DNA of 30,231 nt from a virus (lineage: Duplodnaviria; Caudoviricetes): IMG/VR virus record IMGVR_UViG_3300037325_000089, positions 1 to 30,231 of that record; one strand, 5' to 3'. The translations under genes were made by a program, and so were the position numbers. Each line of letters starts with the position of its first letter. Position 1 is the first letter of the stretch. Shown piece by piece: positions 15,287 through 25,507 of the stretch. A model generated the notes under the pieces. The model was not told the DNA's origin, ran no database searches, and was given only the letters and a program-made list of their open reading frames with translations.

Positions 15287-18200
15287 CAGTTAGCCTCTCT
15301 GTTGATGGAGCGAAGGCGGTCGTCAAGTTTCTTGGCTGTCTGGTAGGTAATAGTGCCGTTGTTGCTGACAACCTTGATAAGCGTTGTATCGGTTATGTTT
15401 CCGCTGGCACGGTCAGCAGTGTACTTATCGTATAGAGCGCGGCTCTTGGTCGGGTCTCCAACAGTCCCAGCACCGTCGAACGTCGGGATGAGGTCAGGTG
15501 CTGTCTCATGGATTGCGTTGCTGATAAAGTCACTCATGCGCTTCGGATCAGACAACAGCGTCGGATCATTTTCGTAGAGCATCATGTACTCTTGCTTTGC
15601 GTCGATAGCAATGCCTTCGATGATAGACATCCGAACAATACGCTGAGCAAGCGCGTGCTGAGTGGTGACAGTATTCGTAGTTGAGGGCATAGGCTGCAAG
15701 TACTTTGCGCCTTCCCAGTCAGACTGCGCGCCGACGCCGATAGTGCGCATAGCGCTGATAAACTGACCTTCGGCGGCGTCCACCATAGCAAGGTAGATGC
15801 GGGACGGTTCCGTGAGAATAGAGTCCGCAGCGCCTTTACCAAGCACGTCGTTGGCAAAAGACGACAGCGGCGCTAGTACTGCCGCAGTGAACGGGCCAGA
15901 AGAAAACTCTCCCTCTGCGGCCATAGTGGCGAGACCGTCCATAGCCGTAACCATGAGCGAACGGTTATCGTGCGTCTCACGCTGCGCCACAAGGCCGTCG
16001 GCCAGCCCTTTCCGCAGGGTCGTGGCGATCTCTAGGCCAAACCCGCCCGGAAGCGCAGACATTTCCTTGGCGATGCGGAACACGTCGTCGTCCTTGACAT
16101 ACCGCTCAAGAGTCTTGATAGCCGTCGGAGTGCCGTACTCGTCATTGACGCCTCGCAGCGCGATCTTAAATTCTTCTGCCGTCTCCGTGGCCTGCAACGC
16201 CTCACGCACTGCGTCCCGCTTATCCGCCGGAAACAACATACTCATTCGGTCGCCCATCTGGAACATGCGCTCCTTCTCAGCGGCTTTATCGTCAGCCGCA
16301 ATCTTCGCCTTTCTACTTGCTGCGAAGTCTGTTCTGTCAAACTGTACAGTAGCGGCTTCAGTATCAGCGACAACACGGCGCTCTTGCGATGCGGCATTGT
16401 TAGCATTGGCAAGTTCCGCAGCCTCAATCTGCGCAGCAAAGCCATTTGCTTGCAAAGCGCTGGCCGTGCCAAACCCAAGCTCAGAGTCTCGGATAGCGGC
16501 AGCGTCGGCGAGCTCAGCAGCTTGCGCCTGTCGTGCCTCGTTTGTCGCAAGCGTAGAGGCGCGCGACCGCGCATCCGTTAAATTGATCCTGTTTTCTGCG
16601 TTCTTATTGTCAAGGTACGCCTGCTCGGTCCGCGCGATTGCTGCGGCGGCAGCAGCCGCGTCGCCACGCGCCTTGTCTATTCTGATCTGGTTTTGGGCGT
16701 TGCGCTCTGCGTTGACCGCCTCAGAGGTCATGCTGAGTTCCGAGTCCAAGCGCAGGCGTGCCTCAGTGGTCTTGAGCTCTGACGCCTCGCGTTGCGCAGC
16801 GGTAAGTATGGCGAGTTTAGTGGCGCTCTGGTCCGCAGCATAAGCGCGCTTTGCATCCGACACTCTATCCTCAGCTGCTTGTGTGAGGATACGCGCCTCG
16901 TTTACCTTGATTTGGGCTGCGGTGTTAATACCAGAAGTCTCCGCAGCAGCGATACGGGCGGTTTCTGCGGCTCGCTTAGCAGCTTCCTCGTCGCGCGCAG
17001 CTTGGCTAACGGCGGCAGCATCGGTGCCTTCACGCCCAGCGATAGTGGCAATGGTTTCGTTCATTCGGATAGGGTTGCCAGAGTTTATGGCTTCCTTTTC
17101 CGACGGCGTAGCCATCCTCAGAGCAGCGGCAATCATCCCCTCCGTAGGGGAACTTGTGTTCACAGCGGGCAGATTTGTATCTTGCAGTGCTTCGCGCAAA
17201 GATTTAGCGGCTTCCGGCGACGGGTTGGCGGTTGCTGCGCTTATGAGCGCGGCAACCGCTGGGTTAGCCCCCTGCTCTGCCAGTGACAGGGCACTGAACC
17301 ATTCAGAAATAGCGCTAACCTCGTTGCGGTTAGCCCGGTTCTCGGTAGCGGCAGCGCGGTACGCCATCACAATGCCATCGGCCTCGTTGGGACGGGTAAG
17401 CTGATCTGCCAGCTCTTCTTGTGTAGCGTCGGGCATAGCTGCGCGCAGCGCTTCTTTAGCCGCTTGCTCACTGGTTGCCATGCTGACGGGGCGGTTAGGC
17501 TGCTCTTTTGCCAGCTCGTCTGTGCGTGCTTTGGCAGCGGCGTAGGCGGTTGGGTCTGCGGCGGGGCCAGCTCGCAGAGTGGCTGCGTCTGTGGAGCGCC
17601 CCATGCGATCAAGGATTGCAGACCACTCAATGTCGGAACCGCGCTGGTCTATGGCGCTAAGCCCGGTCGCCACTTGCTCGCCAAAGCGACTAAAAATAGA
17701 AGCGTAGCTGTTGGGGTCTTTGTCCAAACTATCGGCAGCGCGAAGCATAGAAGCACTGACGACAGGGCCGTACAAGGGGGCAGCCGCGAGCAAGTCTTGG
17801 GCAAAGCCGGGGGCTGCGGCAATGTTCTGATCTCGCGCCAGAGAAGCGCTGGCTGCGCTGTCGCCACCAGCTTGCGGCTTAGAAGCGTCTCTGTATATCT
17901 CGCCCGCCAGCTCAGTGTTGTCATTGAGGGAAAGATTGGCGAGGTCGATACGCCCCATGGCGGTGTACATATCCGCAGTCGATTGATTTTGCGCTACTCT
18001 GGCGCGCTGCTTAGCCGCTGCCAGCTTCTCTTCGAGCTCGTACTTGCGTTCGGTGTCTGCCCGAGACAAGTTGTTGCCAAACTGGTCTTTCATGTACTGG
18101 CTGGCAACACTCATGGCGGCGCTAGAACCCTCGTCACCACCAAAAGTCACCATAGCCGCTAGGGCGGGCTTCCCAGCTTTCTTGAAGTGCTCGGCCAGCG

Positions 18201-19071
18201 CTGCGCGCTGCTTCACTTTCTGCGCCTGCGCGGCTTCTTCGTCGGCTTTGTTCTGCGCGGCTGCGCGGCGCTCACGCTGAGCACCGATAACGCCGCCCAC
18301 GTTGACAGGCTGATTGGAGCCCATCTGACCGAGGCCAACAGACAAGATTTCAAGCATGTCAGCCGCCATCAGGCGGCGCTTGGTGGTCTTTGGGTCGGTC
18401 TGATCTTTCGGGGCCTGTGACGCCTGCGCCATTTCCTGCATGGTGCTGAACCCGTCAGACGGGTCGAGGCCGTGCTTATCAGCAAGAAAGCTGCTTGCCT
18501 CGCCGACAGCGCTATTCAGGATTGCAGACGCAGGAGTGCCATCTTCGCCCGCAGGAAGCGTGCGGTTGATCTGCTCGTCAGTAGCGCCGCCAACCGTGCG
18601 CACAATCCCCTCGACAGGGGAAGTTGGCACATGCTCAGCGCCGGTCATCGCAGCGTAAACCTGCCCGCCGTAATCAGCGCGCTGCGGGATGTGTTTCGCT
18701 GCGGGGCGCGCGTAATTCTGGGCAACGTCTAGCGCTGCGGTACGCGGGTCATCAGCGTTCTTAAACGTGTCGTACGCTCTGGACTCGGTGCCACCAAACT
18801 CATGGACCATAAAGCGGGCCTGCCTCATCAGGTCGTCAGCGCTTGCACCTTCTTGCTCCGCAAACGATCGCAAATCGTCCGCGCGAGAGCCGCGCCACTG
18901 GCCAATTCCAACCGCCCCCTCAGCCTCATTGAACGCAAGAGGGTCGCCGTTGCTTTCGGCAAGCACGTTGCCCAGAAGGCCAGAAGCGCCTGCGGGGGAC
19001 ATGCCCACGCCTGCGCTAGTGAAGTACTTGTACAGCTCGTCAAAGTTGTTCCGGTTAGGAAGTTTTGCCAT
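15286..19071 (-). CDS. internal virion protein with N-terminal phage tail lysozyme domain (1261 aa)
   Basis: GASGLLGNVLAESNGDP..GAVGIGQWRGSR..Q..F..HE matches the phage tail lysozyme pattern; the remainder is Ala-rich coiled coil. Confidence 0.85.
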   Translation of the reverse strand: MAKLPNRNNFDELYKYFTSAGVGMSPAGASGLLGNVLAESNGDPLAFNEAEGAVGIGQWRGSRADDLRSFAEQEGASADDLMRQARFMVHEFGGTESRAYDTFKNADDPRTAALDVAQNYARPAAKHIPQRADYGGQVYAAMTGAEHVPTSPVEGIVRTVGGATDEQINRTLPAGEDGTPASAILNSAVGEASSFLADKHGLDPSDGFSTMQEMAQASQAPKDQTDPKTTKRRLMAADMLEILSVGLGQMGSNQPVNVGGVIGAQRERRAAAQNKADEEAAQAQKVKQRAALAEHFKKAGKPALAAMVTFGGDEGSSAAMSVASQYMKDQFGNNLSRADTERKYELEEKLAAAKQRARVAQNQSTADMYTAMGRIDLANLSLNDNTELAGEIYRDASKPQAGGDSAASASLARDQNIAAAPGFAQDLLAAAPLYGPVVSASMLRAADSLDKDPNSYASIFSRFGEQVATGLSAIDQRGSDIEWSAILDRMGRSTDAATLRAGPAADPTAYAAAKARTDELAKEQPNRPVSMATSEQAAKEALRAAMPDATQEELADQLTRPNEADGIVMAYRAAATENRANRNEVSAISEWFSALSLAEQGANPAVAALISAATANPSPEAAKSLREALQDTNLPAVNTSSPTEGMIAAALRMATPSEKEAINSGNPIRMNETIATIAGREGTDAAAVSQAARDEEAAKRAAETARIAAAETSGINTAAQIKVNEARILTQAAEDRVSDAKRAYAADQSATKLAILTAAQREASELKTTEARLRLDSELSMTSEAVNAERNAQNQIRIDKARGDAAAAAAAIARTEQAYLDNKNAENRINLTDARSRASTLATNEARQAQAAELADAAAIRDSELGFGTASALQANGFAAQIEAAELANANNAASQERRVVADTEAATVQFDRTDFAASRKAKIAADDKAAEKERMFQMGDRMSMLFPADKRDAVREALQATETAEEFKIALRGVNDEYGTPTAIKTLERYVKDDDVFRIAKEMSALPGGFGLEIATTLRKGLADGLVAQRETHDNRSLMVTAMDGLATMAAEGEFSSGPFTAAVLAPLSSFANDVLGKGAADSILTEPSRIYLAMVDAAEGQFISAMRTIGVGAQSDWEGAKYLQPMPSTTNTVTTQHALAQRIVRMSIIEGIAIDAKQEYMMLYENDPTLLSDPKRMSDFISNAIHETAPDLIPTFDGAGTVGDPTKSRALYDKYTADRASGNITDTTLIKVVSNNGTITYQTAKKLDDRLRSINREAN

Positions 19072-19075
19072 GACG

Positions 19076-19768
19076 TTACTTGCCTCCCACTGCCGCAGAC
19101 CCGAGCCCAGTTGCTAGGCTCAAGTAATCAAACATACCCGGCTGACTCGTCGAGGTCTTTGTCACGTTTTCGTTCAGAGGGCTACCGCCAAGCCCAGCCA
19201 TAATCAGGTCGAGCATCTGCTGCGGTCGCGCGGCAACCTGCTGGTACTGAATGTCGCCTGCGTCAAGGATGCCCTGCGCTGACTGCTGCTGCTGTGCGCC
19301 AAACGCAGCCTGCCCACCAGCGATGTTTTGGCCCAAGCCAAAGCCCTGCATACCTGCGCCTTGCAGCCCACCCAGACTGGCCAGCCGTTGCTGGCCGTCA
19401 GCCTGCGCCATGTTCCCTGCGGTCTGGAAGCCTTGCTGATACAGGTTAGCAGAAGTCTCAGCGGTTGTGCGACCGTAGGCGTCCATAACCTGCGACTCTA
19501 CCAAGCCGTGCCGCGACCCTCCGAAAGCGCCTGCCTGCGCAGCCTGCCCGCGAACATTGTTGAGGTCCATCCCACGCTGCTCGTCTATCCTGCCAAGCGC
19601 CTTGTTAAGCACTTGCTCTTGGTAGGGAGACGCATAGGAGTTCATGCTGCGGCGGAAAGCTCCGGGCGCAGCCATACCAGAAAACCCCTGACCAGCACCT
19701 TGCAGCGCACGGCTGCTTGCCCCGTAAATGTTCCCCCCTTGAGGGGAATAGCCTGCTCCACCGCCCAT
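19076..19768 (-). CDS. putative DNA transfer/pilot protein
   Basis: Gly/Gln/Ala-rich; SPYQEQV and AGAFGGSR motifs typical of podovirus ejection proteins. Confidence 0.75.
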   Translation of the reverse strand: MGGGAGYSPQGGNIYGASSRALQGAGQGFSGMAAPGAFRRSMNSYASPYQEQVLNKALGRIDEQRGMDLNNVRGQAAQAGAFGGSRHGLVESQVMDAYGRTTAETSANLYQQGFQTAGNMAQADGQQRLASLGGLQGAGMQGFGLGQNIAGGQAAFGAQQQQSAQGILDAGDIQYQQVAARPQQMLDLIMAGLGGSPLNENVTKTSTSQPGMFDYLSLATGLGSAAVGGK

Positions 19769-19779
19769 TATAATGTCCT

Positions 19780-20415
19780 TTACTTTGAGCCAGACCCGCC
19801 ACCGGAGCCACCACCGTAATCGTCTTGGCCGAGACTACCAGAGCGGCTGCTCGAAGTAGACGCAGAGCCGTAGCCAGCAGTGTCGCCGATAGTGCCGCCA
19901 CCGCCGTAGTTGCCGTTGTCGCTGCCACCGCTGTTCATGCTGCCGCCGCTCTGTTGCCCCGTGCGCGGAGGAGGTTGCTCTTCATTCATACCTTTGCCGC
20001 CGCCGTAAACAGGCTGATACAACGGCGACTGCTCATCGTAGTACTGGCCGGTTGCGGGGTCTGCGTAAAGCAAGTCAAGAGACCGGCGCATTCCCGGCGA
20101 CATAGACTCATCCATGTTTCGATCAAACACACCAGCTGGCGAGTAACCAAGAAACCCGGCGGAGTCACGCTGAGGGGCGGGCATGTAGCCTTCAGATGAA
20201 GAAGCCTGCATACCCAACGCCGAAGCAGCGCTTTGGTTGTTGTTGCGCGCGTCGATCTGCCCCGGAGCCTCCGCCGCGAACACAGTGCCTCGGTTGGGCA
20301 TGTACGGCAAACGTGCGGCAAGCGCCCCGTAGTCTAGGGCGTCCACACTGGCCTCGGTGAGCCGGGGGTCAATTTTGGTTTCAGCAGTGTCTTTGCCAGC
20401 TTTGCTCGACCCCAT
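19780..20415 (-). CDS. putative virion protein (Gly/Ser-rich tail)
   Basis: AGGAG RBS; MGSSK start; position in the ejection-protein cluster. Confidence 0.7.
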   Translation of the reverse strand: MGSSKAGKDTAETKIDPRLTEASVDALDYGALAARLPYMPNRGTVFAAEAPGQIDARNNNQSAASALGMQASSSEGYMPAPQRDSAGFLGYSPAGVFDRNMDESMSPGMRRSLDLLYADPATGQYYDEQSPLYQPVYGGGKGMNEEQPPPRTGQQSGGSMNSGGSDNGNYGGGGTIGDTAGYGSASTSSSRSGSLGQDDYGGGSGGGSGSK

Positions 20416-20416
20416 G

Positions 20417-21028
20417 TTACAGCTCCTTATACATTGTAGACATGACGTGCTCCCAGCCGCGCGGCTTGAGCTCCCGAGCCCACCCAGTCCGACCAGAGAT
20501 AGTCATATGCTTACAGCCCATAGAGCGGGCCTGCTGCGCTATGTACTCTTCGGCGTCTTTTATGGTCTGCATGTCCCCAGCAGCGATGAAGCAGTGATAA
20601 GTAGAGTACTGGGGGAACACGCAGTACTGCATCAGAACGACTGCCTCGTCGTATTCGTAGACGTGTATCTGACGGGCAGCAACCTTGGCCACAACGTCGT
20701 CAAAGACGTACTGGCCTTTTGCGTGGTGCAGGGCCTCGTCAATCTGCTCCTTCCACTTGAGCAGCACAGCCATGATGACAGTGACGTACGCAGCGGCGTT
20801 GTCGCGGTTGTGATCTATGGGCTTCAACATACCCTCTAGGGGGGAAGGTGCCGCCTGAGCTCTGGTTGCTATGTCGATGCGGCGCTTGGCAGCGTCGTCC
20901 ATAGGTGCCGCGTCTTCGCGTGAGCTGCGGACTCGATCTGACCAGCGATGCTGCGTGGTCATATCATTCTTGGTCGGAAGCCTGTTCTGCATACTGAACA
21001 GATAGTCAGTTTGTGGCGCGCCGCTCAT
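20417..21028 (-). CDS. putative GNAT-fold acetyltransferase-like virion-module protein
   Basis: HCFIAAGD..ARSMGCKHMTISGRTGWAREL motif. The start position is uncertain. Confidence 0.65.
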   Translation of the reverse strand: MSGAPQTDYLFSMQNRLPTKNDMTTQHRWSDRVRSSREDAAPMDDAAKRRIDIATRAQAAPSPLEGMLKPIDHNRDNAAAYVTVIMAVLLKWKEQIDEALHHAKGQYVFDDVVAKVAARQIHVYEYDEAVVLMQYCVFPQYSTYHCFIAAGDMQTIKDAEEYIAQQARSMGCKHMTISGRTGWARELKPRGWEHVMSTMYKEL

Positions 21029-21735
21029 TGTGTAACTCCTGTTAGGCGCACGGTCAGCGCGCTTAGTTTGCTCTCTACGCCTGTGATTGTCGTTGGGGCG
21101 CCAAAGAACGAGGCCCCAGTCACAGACGCCATAAGAGCATAAGTACCACCGTCAGCTGGTACTTCCAACGTGCCGGATACTGGCACATGGATTTGCGATT
21201 GCCCAGCCTTGCATAGCATCTGACCCATACCACGACCAACCGGAGTTGTCAACGCTGACGCTTCTGCGATGTAAGACGCAGCGGTCACTGCGTCTCCTGA
21301 CGACACGTACAAGGTAAAGTATCCTTCAAGCAGGTACATTCCCCCTAAGAGGGTAATCTCGTAGGTGCTGGCGTTAAACGATCCCCACACAGGGTTATCA
21401 CTGAGCGACGTAGGTAGCGGCACGCGGTTCGCGCCCACAGAAGCGGCGAACGTGGTTGAGGCAGTGTTGGTTACAAACAGCCCTGCGCTGACAGTCTCTT
21501 GATTGGGGATTACCCAAGACGCTCCGTCAGAGTGTACTGGCACACCCACTGCCGGGTCGTACAACAGCACCCCGGCTATTGACGCACGCTCAATAAGGTC
21601 CGTCATGCGCCAGCGAAGCAGAGGTGACACAGGCCGCAGGGTCTCCTCTGCGTACCCTCCCCCGGCCACGTCTGCCTCGTAGACGGCGCGCGCCCACGCA
21701 TCAATGGACATCAGCCGGGGGTTTGGGATGCTCAT
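21025..21735 (-). CDS. putative tail/fibre-associated protein
   Basis: Coupled overlaps on both sides; beta-rich C-terminal domain. Confidence 0.65.
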   Translation of the reverse strand: MSIPNPRLMSIDAWARAVYEADVAGGGYAEETLRPVSPLLRWRMTDLIERASIAGVLLYDPAVGVPVHSDGASWVIPNQETVSAGLFVTNTASTTFAASVGANRVPLPTSLSDNPVWGSFNASTYEITLLGGMYLLEGYFTLYVSSGDAVTAASYIAEASALTTPVGRGMGQMLCKAGQSQIHVPVSGTLEVPADGGTYALMASVTGASFFGAPTTITGVESKLSALTVRLTGVTQ

Positions 21736-23249
21736 CGCCCAGCTCCGGGAGTGACTACGAGGCGCATAGTGCCTACTCTGGCAGAGCTAGACAACAGGTC
21801 CATGCGCAGCCTGATCTGTCTTCCAGAAGCGCGTACGCTGGTGGGGTTGGCATAGGCATAGGGGCCGTAGGCGTACTCCGTGGCCGTTGGCATGTCTCTG
21901 CCGTAGAGAGTCATAGACACGTCCCCAACGTCAGCTGTGTCGGGCAGGACAGAGCCCACGCACAGCACACGCTCGCCGGAACCAATCTCCATCGGACCAG
22001 TGGCGCAAAACACTGTGCCGTCGGGCATTACCCCGTTGACCTCGTGGTTGTATATTACCCCGTCTGGGGTAATCATCAGCGGACTAGCTACAGGGTCAGC
22101 GTCCATGGCAGCAGTACGTCTCAGCGATCCAGTCATCCAGACGTTCTGGACATAATTCCACGAAACGTACTTGTCGATGCTGTCGCCGCTAACGCTTTGG
22201 TACAGCCACCAGATTTCACTTGAGGCGTGGATGGATGTGCCAACAACCGTGCTAAGCTGCGACTTGTCCATGTCTTCGATCAGGTAGTCCAGCACCTCAC
22301 ACGGCAGCGGTTGCAGTGTCCCATCGTACACCCAAAATGTCTCTTTGCCAAGCCACACAGCAAAAGTGTCCGTAGCAACCACAGCGTCAGCAGCCACAGT
22401 ACCGCATTGCGTGCCCACTTGTGACGTACGATAGACGTAAGGAGGGCCGATGTAGGTCGCCAGTACAGCGTCAGACGCTCCTACGATCAGCACGCCAGCC
22501 GCTATCTGCACAGCGGTCAGCAGCTTACCGTCACCAGCCAGAGTTCTTGACCCTGCCTGATTGGCTCGGGCGGGTGCCCAGACAGTCCTGTTTTCTACCT
22601 CAGAAAACGCAATGGCACGGGGCTCTCCGTTCACCCCGATAGCAAAGACTTGGCGCTCTTGGGTGACAATAATGTCTTGGGTGTGCTCAGGAGCGTTTGT
22701 CACAGCAGCGAGCTCCAGAGTGTCTAGGTCGAGCTCGTAGATAAGGCCAGTGCCTTCCGTATCGTTACGCTGCACAGCGAGCAGCAGCTCCCCGAAAGTA
22801 GCGAACGCCCACCGCAAGGGCGGGATAGGGTCTACTCCGGCCAGATTGTTAGACACTCCGTACGCACCTAGCCCGTATGGACTACCGCCGTACCCTACGT
22901 TAGTGACGGGGCTTTTGGCAGACGTTGATCCCCCTGCTGGGGTAATGTCAGTAATAGCGCCAGCTTGACTCATGTGGTACAGCTTCAGGTTGCTGCCGAA
23001 CACCACATTTAGCGCGCCGTCTAGCGCTCGCCAGCCGAACACATCGCGGACAGCTTCCGCAGCACTGTCAGAGAACAGCGCGGGTATGTCTACACCAAAC
23101 GTGTCTTGTCTGCGCAGCCAGCCGCCAATAGGGCGCACAGTAGCGTCCCTCCAGCGGATTAGGTTCCCATCGGTCCATCTGCCGGGGCTGCTGTACGGCG
23201 TGTCATTACGTTGCAGGCCCGGAGGTAGCTTGAGAGGGATCGGCTTCAT
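21732..23249 (-). CDS. tail nozzle / stabilisation protein (P22 gp10 / T7 gp12-like)
   Basis: PGL..GRW.D..LIRW..RPIGGW N-terminus, beta-propeller-like repeats, and C-terminal VRASGRQIRLR..G.MRL...AGR. Confidence 0.8.
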   Translation of the reverse strand: MKPIPLKLPPGLQRNDTPYSSPGRWTDGNLIRWRDATVRPIGGWLRRQDTFGVDIPALFSDSAAEAVRDVFGWRALDGALNVVFGSNLKLYHMSQAGAITDITPAGGSTSAKSPVTNVGYGGSPYGLGAYGVSNNLAGVDPIPPLRWAFATFGELLLAVQRNDTEGTGLIYELDLDTLELAAVTNAPEHTQDIIVTQERQVFAIGVNGEPRAIAFSEVENRTVWAPARANQAGSRTLAGDGKLLTAVQIAAGVLIVGASDAVLATYIGPPYVYRTSQVGTQCGTVAADAVVATDTFAVWLGKETFWVYDGTLQPLPCEVLDYLIEDMDKSQLSTVVGTSIHASSEIWWLYQSVSGDSIDKYVSWNYVQNVWMTGSLRRTAAMDADPVASPLMITPDGVIYNHEVNGVMPDGTVFCATGPMEIGSGERVLCVGSVLPDTADVGDVSMTLYGRDMPTATEYAYGPYAYANPTSVRASGRQIRLRMDLLSSSARVGTMRLVVTPGAGR

Positions 23250-23281
23250 GGTTTACCCTCCAAGGGGGAACATGGAATAGG

Positions 23282-24364
23282 TTAGGCAAGTCTCTCAATT
23301 TCGAGGTGGGCGTAGAGTTCGCGCTCGCCAGTGTCACCAGAGTCACCAAATCCACGATCTGAGAATGTGGTTTCGCAGTCGTGCTGAAGTTCAATCACAG
23401 TTGTTGCGCCGAGCGTGAAAATGCCAACTACCGCGCTCTCAACGTAACCGTTGTCGGAAGAATACGCATAGTTTGAGCTACCGATTAAGAGCGTAGCTGA
23501 CGCAGTGATGCTGTATAGGCGCGCTGCATTGCTGTTCACTCTAAAAGCAAACGCGCCGCCACGAACGCGATAAGTCCCCGCTGGCAGGGTTACTCTTTTG
23601 CTGGCAAGGGAGGCGCCAGAGATGCTGTTATGCTGGACGGTGTTCAAGTCTCGCGTGCGCCATGCGCCCGATGTAAACGTGCCGCCATCTGTGCCGCTGG
23701 CCTGCGTTTCCTGCACGATAAAGTGACCAAGGTAGCTGGCAGTAATAGCCTGCTCAGTTCGCAGGGGCGTCATAGCTACAGTGTTGGAGGTGCCAGCCAG
23801 CGCCTCGGCTTCGCTGGCAGCGACCATTTTGTTGACGCCAGTAAGAGCTGCGCCGCTCCCTGTGAACGTGGTAGCCGCAACATCGCCGCCAAAAGTCACG
23901 TCGCTTGCGTAGTTGTCATAGAGCATGGCTTGCCATGCACCGGCAACGCGCGCCTCAAATTCAGTGAGATCAGTGTTGCCGTGCCCTGCAAACCGCAGCT
24001 TGCCATTACCTGTACCTTGCAGGTAGGCGTACGGGGTATCCACACGAAACTGCGCGATGTCTGCGCCGGACGCGCCGTCAGTGTCTTGCACTGAAATAGA
24101 TACCGTACCTGCGGCGCTGATGATGGCACCAGCGACAGAAAGCGAGGTGGCAGTGAGTACCGTAAAACTACCCGTAGACGGGGTGACGGCACCAACAGTG
24201 GTATCTTCAATAACGCTGCCAGTGACATCGAGCCCGGTCAACGTAGTATCGCCAGACAGCAAGCTATCCAGCGCCGTGAAATTATCGTTAAGCAAGGCTC
24301 CCCATGTGTTGAGGTTTCCGCCTACCGTCGGCAAGTTAAAACTGTAGTCTGTGGTGACGGCCAT
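23282..24364 (-). CDS. tail fibre protein
   Basis: N-terminal anchor LPTVGG..TWG..LN.NF..LD, fibre repeat ASEAEALAGTSNTVAMTPLR, and C-terminal beta-sandwich TLPAGTYRV. Confidence 0.8.
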   Translation of the reverse strand: MAVTTDYSFNLPTVGGNLNTWGALLNDNFTALDSLLSGDTTLTGLDVTGSVIEDTTVGAVTPSTGSFTVLTATSLSVAGAIISAAGTVSISVQDTDGASGADIAQFRVDTPYAYLQGTGNGKLRFAGHGNTDLTEFEARVAGAWQAMLYDNYASDVTFGGDVAATTFTGSGAALTGVNKMVAASEAEALAGTSNTVAMTPLRTEQAITASYLGHFIVQETQASGTDGGTFTSGAWRTRDLNTVQHNSISGASLASKRVTLPAGTYRVRGGAFAFRVNSNAARLYSITASATLLIGSSNYAYSSDNGYVESAVVGIFTLGATTVIELQHDCETTFSDRGFGDSGDTGERELYAHLEIERLA

Positions 24365-24416
24365 TGTGCTGCCCTTTCAAAAGCAAATAATCCCCTTGGC
24401 AGGGGATTGTCTGCGG

Positions 24417-25085
24417 CTACCAGCGGCGACGGATTGGGTGACGGTGTACTGGTGTGACGTGCAGAGGAGAGCCGCCGTACTCGACTTCCCACAGTGACTC
24501 ATCGTTTGCGCTGGTGAGGGCTGCTTTGTAAAGGCTCTGCCACAGGCCGACGCGCTCGTCTTCGCGCAGAAACGGGGCAGTGTGCATAAGCACGCCGTAC
24601 AAGTAGACATCAAAGTACTCGTCGGCCACCCAGCTGGTATCAGCGTCAGCAAAATTAGGGATGCCCTTGCGGTAGGTGATAGCCATGTCGGCGGGCAAGT
24701 CCGCAGAGATGTTGCCTGCGAACAAGATAGTGTCCTTGTTCAGCATGGCGTAGGTGTCGTATATCCCCCCCGACAGGGGAATGATCTGTTTGCTGCGCAC
24801 GGTGGCAACAGTGGCAGCACTCATAGGGTTGCGCCCAATAATCCGTGTTGGGTCGTTAAGCACAATAGACTTTATGGTGCGCAAAGGTGAGGTGAGCGCT
24901 GACGTGAGGAAGGTAGTACTAGAGACAGAAACAACCTCGCTCACATTGCGGTGAGAAAGGCGCAGCTCTCGCTCTAAATCAGCGTTAGCCAGCAGGATCA
25001 AGTTGTCGAGGTTGTCAATCAGCACACTGTCATTCTGCTTCCACAGAAAGGTACTGATGAACGTCTTAAACCCTGCATAGTTCAT
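24417..25085 (-). CDS. head-to-tail adaptor protein
   Basis: MNY..K..I..L, I.LA.A.L.R.LR and D.YLYG.L...APFL..DER...W pattern of podovirus adaptors. Confidence 0.8.
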   Translation of the reverse strand: MNYAGFKTFISTFLWKQNDSVLIDNLDNLILLANADLERELRLSHRNVSEVVSVSSTTFLTSALTSPLRTIKSIVLNDPTRIIGRNPMSAATVATVRSKQIIPLSGGIYDTYAMLNKDTILFAGNISADLPADMAITYRKGIPNFADADTSWVADEYFDVYLYGVLMHTAPFLREDERVGLWQSLYKAALTSANDESLWEVEYGGSPLHVTPVHRHPIRRRW

Positions 25086-25087
25086 CG

Positions 25088-25507
25088 CTAACCTCCGATC
25101 TTGAAGACGCGGTAAGCGCCGTCATCCTTGATCCGCTTCGCGGCCCGCTTGCCAAACTCGGCAGACCCAACAGCGCATCTCCACTCTTTGGACCAGTTGG
25201 CGGCGGTGATAGGGTCAATCGACCCCACCAACCGCGCTCCGGCTACTTTGTCGTTGCGCTTCTTGCCCAGCATCTCAGAGTACGCTTTGACGGCAGCAAT
25301 AACTGGGTCTACAGTATTACTGCGCTTGATAGACACGTTGCCGTACTCGTCGCACGACACGACCTCTTTTGGCTTTGAGTGCAGCCGCCGAGAGCACTCG
25401 GCAGACAGCTCTTCCTCAGCCACAGACAGCGGGAGCCCAAGCGCCCACTTGCGCTTAATAGGCTCCAGCGCTGCTCTCAAATAGGCTGCTTGCCTACTCG
25501 GCGTCAT
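25088..25507 (-). CDS. hypothetical virion-module protein (139 aa)
   Basis: Start re-assigned to ATG 25507 (GGAG RBS). The upstream extension in the ORF track overlaps two other genes. Confidence 0.7.
   Translation of the reverse strand: MTPSRQAAYLRAALEPIKRKWALGLPLSVAEEELSAECSRRLHSKPKEVVSCDEYGNVSIKRSNTVDPVIAAVKAYSEMLGKKRNDKVAGARLVGSIDPITAANWSKEWRCAVGSAEFGKRAAKRIKDDGAYRVFKIGG

Noticed and set aside
15797-18162. Long plus-strand ORFs (348, 164, 173, 247 aa)
   Set aside because: These are antisense shadows of the Ala-rich 1261-aa gene, with no motifs or RBS.
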